Virus record (IMG/VR): IMGVR_UViG_3300025849_000016
Coordinates: 42,705 to 106,704 of that record
From: a virus
Length of the DNA stretch: 64,000 nt
Strand: one strand, 5' to 3'
The notes beneath the pieces are model-generated. The model searched no databases, was not told where the DNA came from, and saw nothing but the letters and a program-made list of their open reading frames with translations. The translations under genes and the position numbers were made by a program. This document shows positions 51,701-57,470 of this stretch, piece after piece; position 1 is the stretch's first letter; every line of letters starts with the position of its first letter.

Positions 51701-52153
51701 ATATGTTTCTGTAGTATCTGGAAGTATATGACTTGCTATATCTGCATTAATTGTAATACTATCTGTATCTGCATCACCTAATGTTAAATTACCGTCAGCA
51801 GTAATGCTTCCAGTAGCATGTATGTCACCTGTTACTTCTACGTTACCATTTAAATTAATAAAATCTGTAGCTGTAGCAGGTGCAACATTAACATCACCTA
51901 CTGTTGTTGTAATTAAACTATTATTTAGAGAAAGATCGTCTACAAGTAAAGAACCTGAACGAATGTCGGTTGCATTAATTGTTCCTGTAACGTCTAGTTC
52001 ATATCCAGGTGAACCGTTTATAATACCAATTTTAGGATTCGCTGGGTCTGATGTTACATCAAAGTAAATTAAATTACTATTAATAGCTAGGTCCTCATCA
52101 CGTAAGAGATTACTCTTAAGTAACGGACCTGAAATTCTTCCTACGTTGGCCAC
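48755..52153 (-). CDS. Large virion/fibre protein (1132 aa) with PKD-containing C-region
   Basis: GTG start with GAGGAG SD; GRISGPLLKSNL N-terminus; C-region paralogous to the 2855-aa protein. Confidence 0.85.
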   Translation of the reverse strand: MANVGRISGPLLKSNLLRDEDLAINSNLIYFDVTSDPANPKIGIINGSPGYELDVTGTINATDIRSGSLLVDDLSLNNSLITTTVGDVNVAPATATDFINLNGNVEVTGDIHATGSITADGNLTLGDADTDSITINADIASHILPDTTETYDLGSIDKRWRDIYLSGQTITLGNIELKDSGNGSLQVFQLPEGELVGELGGLTEAESALIDANLLITGDTLQTTQSNSDIFIKTAGTGKVIVQADLSIGAVTIDDDILIDGNTIQTTASNSDLTFSAAGTGQIQVQGNFRVNAGVSIDNILDEDDLVSDSASALATQQSVKAYVDTNIGNTVSSLIGDQIVVGTPSDGTYTDGAYVGLDPAEDIAEAFDQLNETMRNVANNTFVRSVSFTGSPLAGGEGLTVTLNLTVDGNSNRYDITWGDGDVTLNTTDSTPSHTYTSNTGSPYTVIVRAFNNNGTGYGSEASATQEDYVIIYTADPVMAFGLYRAASGGSAITGNDKYVIEGDSLYLQNITTNTTMAAVTYSMNWGDGSSLDSIASDSDPGGVSGSRLQHTWGAATNTGTGNDTLTLTLLTHTTATPGIFPLSTTTSLKVYDPNIAAPQGLSTKTISITGTQGTSPKLAASATDNTSGTSGLNAGDNISRIESAAGNIQTSATSTFAYNAAAGTLSAIVNGTADGAIGLSAADNTGTTDSVTITDEQDYNLLNAGGSSTSFSSSIYHPGLYSGFKARVSKSNASTPKGINSFQLSHDATGDTNTVVFVKDDITTNPTATGGTLTENVAGTLRYVSGVPHYNTGASLTLSGTTATNLVGQTYANISDVVEVTSGTDTEGSGSGIVEQNFDYSDVDGTPSMLTGGIPNADTGVGGAYAFGDLVVNINASNTRVSEQLRYRVRNVNGYSSYVSLPEVIQVHSASQSGINETAIDVSASLGTGFSDDAVRIFDFNADTTNTPAYNSSTNFYTNSIYTESADPGVAGTQEATIRYGVLEHNIDDFSVLLPVGPDRSSDTGTQYFTMAFRRQVVANFDINITSSTGVTGVFIAAPGSGIDGSSTINGWLECAGVYNGVGLPGASGSPTNTNGCAVNPGERIIPGQSLSGSFSMTLGTANMTDATGNVVLVRIALAAGESVTALSIS

Positions 52154-52252
52154 ATCAGCTCCTCAATAAACGGCGATCCTGTCGCTCCAACCACCTTACC
52201 TTGCGGGTTGACCACAGTTTGACCTGCAACTTAGACCAACTACGTTGCATTA
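52154..52252 (-). promoter_or_regulatory. Structured ~100-nt 5' leader (candidate cis-regulatory RNA)
   Basis: GC-rich segment between the TAAATAC promoter (52257-52262) and the SD. Stems UGCAAC/GUUGCA, UGUGG/CCGCA with loop UCAAC complementary to downstream GUUGG, and GCGA/UCGC. Confidence 0.5.
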
Positions 52253-52256
52253 ATAG

Positions 52257-52262
52257 TATTTA
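52257..52262 (-). promoter_or_regulatory. T4-like late promoter core (GATAAATACTAT)
   Basis: Directly downstream of an intrinsic terminator. Confidence 0.6.
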
Positions 52263-52269
52263 TCCAATC

Positions 52270-52300
52270 AAAAAAATAAGAGCTAATAAGCCCTTATTTC
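52270..52300 (-). terminator. Rho-independent terminator
   Basis: AAAUAAGGGCU-UAUU-AGCUCUUAUUUUUUU hairpin plus U-tract after the 176-aa gene. Confidence 0.75.
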
Positions 52301-52331
52301 AAAATCATTACTTTAAAGTAGTTTAAATGCA

Positions 52332-52862
52332 CTATTTGTCAAAATTATGTAGTACTGTTATATCTTTTCCGGTAGGAGGAGCAGTTCCAAAATCTAAATA
52401 CCAGCCAGCTACTTTGCCTGCCGGATTTTGTACTAATGTGTAGTTTGTTGTAGGAATTTGGAATACATTTTCAATATAAACAAAAATACTTCTTGGATTA
52501 TTAGCAAAACTTAATGGATTTTCTACGTCTTGATTATCTAATGGTCCGAATAATGTTTCAATATCGTCTGCTCCAGTAAACGTTTGTTGATTAATAGCTG
52601 TTGCTGTACCCATGCGTATCTTTTTCCAACTGCCACCTTGATAAAATTCTAATTTTCCGTCAATAGGATCACCCGGTGATGATTGTATAAGATAGCGCAT
52701 CATACCTTCTTCTGGTACAAGAGGTCTAGTTGTAGCATCTCCTCTTGGTACTCTAACACTTTTAGGAGTATCTAATACAATTTCATCATTAATGCCTTTA
52801 ACAATTATGCCTCTGCCATTTATGTTCTTTATATTAGTAACTTGCTTCTTATAAAATTTCAT
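52332..52862 (-). CDS. Hypothetical virion protein (176 aa)
   Basis: VPRGDATTRP...EGMMRY...LEFY...W fibre-type motif; IFVYIENVFQIP...FGTAPP baseplate-type repeat. Confidence 0.75.
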   Translation of the reverse strand: MKFYKKQVTNIKNINGRGIIVKGINDEIVLDTPKSVRVPRGDATTRPLVPEEGMMRYLIQSSPGDPIDGKLEFYQGGSWKKIRMGTATAINQQTFTGADDIETLFGPLDNQDVENPLSFANNPRSIFVYIENVFQIPTTNYTLVQNPAGKVAGWYLDFGTAPPTGKDITVLHNFDK

Positions 52863-52863
52863 T

Positions 52864-53202
52864 TTAGATATCCACGTAGCTTAGTGTTGCAACTAAATTA
52901 TTAGGTGATCCGCTTAAAACTTGCATACTGTCACCTGCTTCTAACACAAGTTTTTCTGTATCCATTACAAATGTTTCTCCGGCTGATATAGGTAATGCAT
53001 TGATTATCATATTAGACGAACCAAGTGAGCCACCACTTTCAACTAAATGAGCAGTAAGTGTTGTTTCGCCTGCTGTATCATCTGCTGGATCTGCGTTTGC
53101 TGTATTTGTAAAAATTACTGTTGTAATAACGTATGTCTTATCAGCAGGAACTAGAAGCAATGTTGATGCGCTGCTTGTTAAACTTAGATTTGCTAATGCC
53201 AT
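52864..53202 (-). CDS. Small beta-rich virion protein (112 aa), paralog of 16373..16702
   Basis: EKLVLEAGD...LSYVDI. Confidence 0.75.
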   Translation of the reverse strand: MALANLSLTSSASTLLLVPADKTYVITTVIFTNTANADPADDTAGETTLTAHLVESGGSLGSSNMIINALPISAGETFVMDTEKLVLEAGDSMQVLSGSPNNLVATLSYVDI

Positions 53203-53214
53203 TTCTTATTTTCC

Positions 53215-54183
53215 TTAAAATATTAGTGCAAACAATGCAGCAGTTTTTCTACTTACAAGGTCGCCTTGTCTAGTTGGTGTTATAAATTTTAGTCCTGTAT
53301 CTTTTACATCAGCTTCATCATGATATATTTTTGAACCTGCAGATGGAGAAGCAGGTGCACCAGCACCATTTTCATCTATATGTAACGAATCTGGTATACG
53401 AACACTACCACCTGCTGTGCCAACTAGAACTAAATCGTCACCGCTATTTGTTGAAGAAATTGTGCTTCCTTCAAATTTAAGATCATACATAAATGCTTCT
53501 GCTGTACCTACAACTAAACGATTAAACCCGTCTACTTGTAATCTACATACACTCGGTACTGCTGTATTGTCAAAATCTTCAGCTGCTACTAGTGTATCAC
53601 CTTGTCTAATTTGTGACGGAGGGTTCTGTCCTGAAAATTGTGTAACATAATCAACTACCCATTTACTATTAGGTATGTCATCGTCATCTACAACATAGTT
53701 TTCATAGTCAGCGGCGGCGGCACGTAATGGATTATTACCTGCATCAAATTGAATTGCTCCGCCGCCACTGTCTATACTGTTTGTTTGAATACCAGCAATG
53801 CTTGAAAGACCATTGCTGTCAACTTTTTTAAAACTAAATGCACCTAAACCTTGTGTACCAGTTACGTCATCTTCGTATGGTGCTGATTCGTCCCATACCA
53901 TCATAGCATCAGGCAAACTGCCTCTTACAATTTGTAATCCTGACCACTGCTGAACTCCTACTCCAGGTGTAACACCTGCACCAGTTTCTCCGTAGTTAAC
54001 TCTAACGATGCGATCTTCTACATCTAGTTCTGTTGTATTCAATGTTGTTTGTTCACCTTGGACTAACAAATCACCTGTTATAATAACTTGACCCTCATCT
54101 ACGCCTGTGTTTAACGTAATGTTACCGCCTGGCTGTACTGCAATTTTATAATTACTATTAGGTATATCAAGTATTTTAGTCAT
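53215..54183 (-). CDS. Hypothetical fibre-related virion protein (322 aa)
   Basis: GDLLVQGEQTTLNTTELDVEDRIV motif is shared with repeats in the giant fibres; hydrophobic C-terminal end TAALFALIF. Confidence 0.75.
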   Translation of the reverse strand: MTKILDIPNSNYKIAVQPGGNITLNTGVDEGQVIITGDLLVQGEQTTLNTTELDVEDRIVRVNYGETGAGVTPGVGVQQWSGLQIVRGSLPDAMMVWDESAPYEDDVTGTQGLGAFSFKKVDSNGLSSIAGIQTNSIDSGGGAIQFDAGNNPLRAAAADYENYVVDDDDIPNSKWVVDYVTQFSGQNPPSQIRQGDTLVAAEDFDNTAVPSVCRLQVDGFNRLVVGTAEAFMYDLKFEGSTISSTNSGDDLVLVGTAGGSVRIPDSLHIDENGAGAPASPSAGSKIYHDEADVKDTGLKFITPTRQGDLVSRKTAALFALIF

Positions 54184-54204
54184 TAGTTATTCCTATAAAC
54201 AAAC

Positions 54205-54585
54205 TTAGCTAAATGCGTCTACTGCTGCGCCTGAATCAGCTGCACCAGGATGTACGCCTGCTGCCCAACGAACTTTACCAACATCTGTTGTTCCGCCTTC
54301 ATACTGAATTTTTCTACCGTATAAACGTGTAACTTGTACTGTTGTTGAATCATCTAAAACAGCATCAATTCGCATTTCACCAGCAACTAATGCAGCATTA
54401 GCTTTGTTAACTAATGTTAATACTTCTGTTGTTGAGCCATTTGTAACTGTAAATTTATTTGATGATCTTTGGTTTACAATCCATGCATCAGTTGTTGCTT
54501 CTGAGCCACCTGTAAAAAAGTGACGAGTCACTTTAATTGATCCTGCATCGTTGCCAAAATATTTCTTATTTAGTGGTCTTCCCAT
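54205..54585 (-). CDS. Hypothetical protein (126 aa, MGRPLNKKYFG...)
   Basis: Start moved from GTG 54669 to ATG 54585, which has an AAAGGAG SD; the upstream 84 nt form a structured leader. Confidence 0.8.
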   Translation of the reverse strand: MGRPLNKKYFGNDAGSIKVTRHFFTGGSEATTDAWIVNQRSSNKFTVTNGSTTEVLTLVNKANAALVAGEMRIDAVLDDSTTVQVTRLYGRKIQYEGGTTDVGKVRWAAGVHPGAADSGAAVDAFS

Positions 54586-54670
54586 TTGTTTCTCCTTTAA
54601 AAACGTTCTAGGTTTACGCAGTAGGTCAATTCTGCATAAGTCCGTATCATACGGCACGATTATCGACACT
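54586..54670 (-). promoter_or_regulatory. Pseudoknotted three-way-junction 5' leader
   Basis: Hairpins CCGUA-UGA-UACGG and UUAUGCAG/CUGCGUAA; loop AUUGAC can pair with 5' GUCGAU; begins right after TAAATAC (54673-54678). Confidence 0.5.
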
Positions 54671-54672
54671 AG

Positions 54673-54678
54673 TATTTA
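54673..54678 (-). promoter_or_regulatory. T4-like late promoter core (GATAAATACTAG)
   Basis: Immediately downstream of terminator 54688-54720. Confidence 0.6.
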
Positions 54679-54687
54679 TCAAATAAG

Positions 54688-54720
54688 AAAAAAGCCTTAA
54701 CAAATAAATGCTAAGGCTTT
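54688..54720 (-). terminator. Rho-independent terminator closing the ncRNA unit
   Basis: AAAGCCUUAGCA-loop-UGUUAAGGCUUUUUU. Confidence 0.75.
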
Positions 54721-54931
54721 AAATAAAAGTGATAGGTTGGACTCTGAGAATACCAACAACCTCCTAGTAGCTCTCGCATAATTCGGAGGAGCCTAGTATC
54801 GGATAGTTACTTCCAAAAACATATCTTTGTATCTCTACACTCATATGTTGCTACTACAGCTACTAGCCAAGTTGTGTCACTACGCAACACCGTTCCTTGC
54901 ACTATCTAATCTAAACCGTCGTTTAGCTTAT
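54688..54931 (-). ncRNA. ~240-nt structured ncRNA, manA-motif-like
   Basis: Has its own sigma70 promoter and terminator. Closing helix GAUAG/CUAUC, several internal stems and pseudoknot complementarities. The 3' element UGUUGGUAU...UCCAACC resembles my recollection of the manA RNA 3' end. Confidence 0.6.
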
Positions 54932-54937
54932 GTATTA

Positions 54938-54966
54938 AATATAACAAACTATTAAGCAGAAGTCAA
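54938..54966 (-). promoter_or_regulatory. Host sigma70-type promoter (TTGACT-17 bp-TATATT, extended -10 TGn)
   Basis: -35 at 54961-54966, -10 at 54938-54943, A/T-tract UP-like element upstream. Confidence 0.75.
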
Positions 54967-55050
54967 CCTCTTTTTTAATAAAAAGTTAATTTTTTTTATG
55001 TGGTGCTGTTTAATGATTCGTTGAAAGCACCAAAGCGTGTAATTATCCAT
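54952..55050 (-). CDS. 32-aa basic peptide MDNYTLWCFQRIIKQHHIKKINFLLKKRLTSA downstream of the glutamine riboswitch
   Basis: Strong GAGGAG SD 6 nt before the ATG; below the ORF-track size cutoff. Confidence 0.55.
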   Translation of the reverse strand: MDNYTLWCFQRIIKQHHIKKINFLLKKRLTSA

Positions 55051-55075
55051 AACACTCTCCTCGTTAAAGGGTTAA

Positions 55076-55120
55076 GTGCGTTCCTTCGCTTATGCTACTC
55101 CCGGCCTGTTGGCTGAACGT
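55076..55120 (-). ncRNA. glnA-type glutamine riboswitch (glutamine-I)
   Basis: ACGUUC-A-GCC(AACA)GGC-C-GGGAGUA-GC(AUAA)GC-GAA-G-GAACGCAC: P1 CGUUC/GAACG, P2, E-loop AGUA/GAA, P3 and the 3' CGC of the glnA motif. Confidence 0.8.
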
Positions 55121-55125
55121 AATAT

Positions 55126-55131
55126 TATTTA
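55126..55131 (-). promoter_or_regulatory. Late-promoter core (CTAAATAATATT) ahead of the riboswitch
   Basis: TAAATA 5 nt downstream of the capsid terminator and 5 nt upstream of the aptamer. Confidence 0.5.
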
Positions 55132-55136
55132 GTCAT

Positions 55137-55163
55137 AAAAATAGGCGCCGTAGCGCCTATTTT
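55137..55163 (-). terminator. Rho-independent terminator of the major capsid gene
   Basis: AAAAUAGGCGC-UACG-GCGCCUAUUUUU perfect stem with a UNCG loop. Confidence 0.85.
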
Positions 55164-55182
55164 AAAGTTTGTAAGTTAAATC

Positions 55183-56349
55183 TTAACTAAAAGATACGTT
55201 ACCGTTAGTAATAGCAACTTTACCTAAGTAATCAGCTGCGTTACCAAGCGATGACGCTGTGTTTGATAGTTCAACATAACCATAACGTGTCATAAATGAT
55301 ACGACTGGCTCGAATGAATTTGGATCAAGTACAACACCTGAACTCATTAGCGGGATGTATGGGCAGTAGAACGCCGGAGCGTCTGACTCTGAACCACCTT
55401 TGTAGCCAATAAGAACGTCTGTGCTGTCTGCTGCATATGAATCTACATACACTTTCATTGCGTTGTTTAATGTACCAACGAATTTTGTGTTTGTAGGTGC
55501 TTCAAATGCACCTTCAGTTGTACGAGCAAATGCACTTGTAGTTGCAGACTGTAGGATTGTTAATGCAAATGGGCTAACCACTGCATAGTTACCTGCGCCT
55601 CTGCGTGTACGCTGAGCAATCTCGTTTGCAACTTTGTTGACTTGTACTGCTAATGCAGCATGTTCGTCACCAACAAATGTTGCTGTACCTGAAACAGCAG
55701 CTTGATCATAAGTCTGTGTTGCGTTTCCGGCTAATGCACGTAGTGAAGCAAGAACTTCTTGGTCGATCTCAGCAGTAATTTCTTGTGCTAGAGCAGCCAT
55801 AATTTCAGCTTCGATATCAATACCGTGCTGTGCTTGTGCATCTTGTGCAGATTCAAAAGTCCAACGAGCTGATAGCTTGCGAGTTTTTGCTTCTACAGTT
55901 TGCTTTAAGATCTGGATGCTTAGTCTGTTACCAGCTTCACCTTCCATTGATCCTGTTGAGCTAGGTGCACCATTTGAAGATGGATTGCCTGAATAGCTCT
56001 CAGCAATTTTGAATGGGCTTAGAGCCTCTTCACCTGCTGTTGCGCCGTTATTGCCATCGGCATAACGTACACGTAGTGTGTGGATCTGACCCACTGGTCC
56101 TGTCATTGGCTGTACGCCAACTAGTTCGTTTGCGATGACTGTTGGCATCACACGACGAATGACTGGTAGAATAACACGGTTAAGTGTTGCGACATTACCG
56201 GCAGAAGTAGCACCAGCTGTTGCACTTTCTGAAAGATACCTACGAGTATTTTCCAGTGTGCTTTCCATTACAGCTTTCTTGTTTCCAGTTAAACCTTCAA
56301 CAAGAGCGGTTTTAGTTTCCTGCCAGCGACTTTCTAGTAGTTCTGACAT
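55183..56349 (-). CDS. gp23: Major capsid protein, T4 gp23 family (388 aa)
   Basis: GVQPMTGPVGQI, TVEAKTRKLSARWTFESAQDAQAQHGID, FYCPYIPL and TRYG motifs; synteny after gp21 and gp22. Confidence 0.95.
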   Translation of the reverse strand: MSELLESRWQETKTALVEGLTGNKKAVMESTLENTRRYLSESATAGATSAGNVATLNRVILPVIRRVMPTVIANELVGVQPMTGPVGQIHTLRVRYADGNNGATAGEEALSPFKIAESYSGNPSSNGAPSSTGSMEGEAGNRLSIQILKQTVEAKTRKLSARWTFESAQDAQAQHGIDIEAEIMAALAQEITAEIDQEVLASLRALAGNATQTYDQAAVSGTATFVGDEHAALAVQVNKVANEIAQRTRRGAGNYAVVSPFALTILQSATTSAFARTTEGAFEAPTNTKFVGTLNNAMKVYVDSYAADSTDVLIGYKGGSESDAPAFYCPYIPLMSSGVVLDPNSFEPVVSFMTRYGYVELSNTASSLGNAADYLGKVAITNGNVSFS

Positions 56350-56361
56350 AATTTTCTCCTA

Positions 56362-57456
56362 TTAATTTAATCCAGCTAAACGCTTGATGTCCACGACGTT
56401 TCCATCAGATGCGTTAGCTTGTGAACTAACGTCAATTTTATTGCCTGTAATTTCTTTGCCTTCTTTTAGGGGTGCCTTCTGCTTCGCTGGAGCTTTACTG
56501 TCGATAACTGACGGTAGGTATTTGTCGAACGATGATCTTAACTTCGCCGTTTGAACTGATTCCAGTAAGTCTGTCATAATCTCACGCTGTGCTGTACCTA
56601 ACGGTGCAACCAATTCGTTTAGAATATCTTTTCGTGTAGCTGATTCAACTAATGCTGATTTTTCAGCTTCTTTTGATTCAACTAGTTGTGTAGCTTTAGC
56701 AGCTATCTTTTTTGCTTCTGCTAGTTGTTTATCTTTTAGTTCAACAACTTTTAGTAGCTTCGATGTCTCTGATTTTTCATTCAGATGACTTGTGCTATAT
56801 TCAGAAGCAAACGCTTCGAATAATTTACGACCAAAGTCGTTTTCACGTGCAGAATCAATATCTTCTTTAAGTGCAGTAATTTCTTTTGCAAGAGTTTCCT
56901 TCACTGTTTCTGATACCATTTTTGCACTGCGTTCAATGAATTTAGATTTAACTTTGTTAATATGAGCTTTACCTTCGCGGACAAGGCGCACTTTAGTTTC
57001 TGCTAAGTCTTTTTTGTCTTCATCAAATTCTGCTATTTCTTTAGCTAGAGCTTCAACAACGAACTCTTCAAGTTTAGAAAAGTTTTCAGCCATTCTAACT
57101 TGATCAGTATGTAGTTCGTTAACTTCTTTGCCTAGTTGTGACATAACAAAACCTTTTAATAGTTCTGCATTTTCACGCATTGCAACAGCATATTTTGCTT
57201 TTGCTTCTGCTAGTTGTTTGCGATCGTCTGCAAACTCAGCAATTTCTTCTGAAAGTTTTTCAGAAATCATAGTATCTATTGCTTCAACCATCACGGATTT
57301 GTCATGCTCATATTTTTGAGCAAACTCTTCGCGAAGTTCAGCAGTAGCAGCAAGTTTATTTTCTTTAATCTTGTTTTCCCACGCTTCTTCAATTTGAGCT
57401 CTGATATCTGCTGAAACAACATCGTTTTCAAAAAGTGTTTTTAGTGCATCTATCAT
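56362..57456 (-). CDS. gp22: Prohead core scaffold protein, T4 gp22-like
   Basis: Glu/Lys/Ala-rich coiled coil lying between protease and capsid genes; GRKLFEAFASE motif. Confidence 0.8.
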   Translation of the reverse strand: MIDALKTLFENDVVSADIRAQIEEAWENKIKENKLAATAELREEFAQKYEHDKSVMVEAIDTMISEKLSEEIAEFADDRKQLAEAKAKYAVAMRENAELLKGFVMSQLGKEVNELHTDQVRMAENFSKLEEFVVEALAKEIAEFDEDKKDLAETKVRLVREGKAHINKVKSKFIERSAKMVSETVKETLAKEITALKEDIDSARENDFGRKLFEAFASEYSTSHLNEKSETSKLLKVVELKDKQLAEAKKIAAKATQLVESKEAEKSALVESATRKDILNELVAPLGTAQREIMTDLLESVQTAKLRSSFDKYLPSVIDSKAPAKQKAPLKEGKEITGNKIDVSSQANASDGNVVDIKRLAGLN

Positions 57457-57470
57457 TACGTTTCTCCTCG

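Noticed and set aside
52154-52252. ZTP, fluoride or c-di-GMP riboswitch identity for the leader
   Set aside because: Only short superficial matches (e.g. GGAGCGAC, UCGCC); the conserved cores are absent.
54586-54669. ORF-track N-terminal extension from GTG 54669 (likewise the 23120 and 60061 starts)
   Set aside because: Downstream ATGs have better SD or promoter geometry; the extensions overlap a structured leader, an SD or the portal gene.
54764-54844. 26-aa ORF MSVEIQRYVFGSNYPILGSSELCESY inside the ncRNA
   Set aside because: It has no SD and its start codon lies at the base-paired AACAUAU/AUAUGUU stem; probably incidental, though a dual-function RNA is not excluded.
54688-54931. tRNA, tmRNA, group I/II intron or hammerhead identity for the intergenic RNA
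   Set aside because: No cloverleaf or T-loop, no tag ORF with tRNA-like ends, no interrupted gene, and no CUGAUGA/GAAA core.
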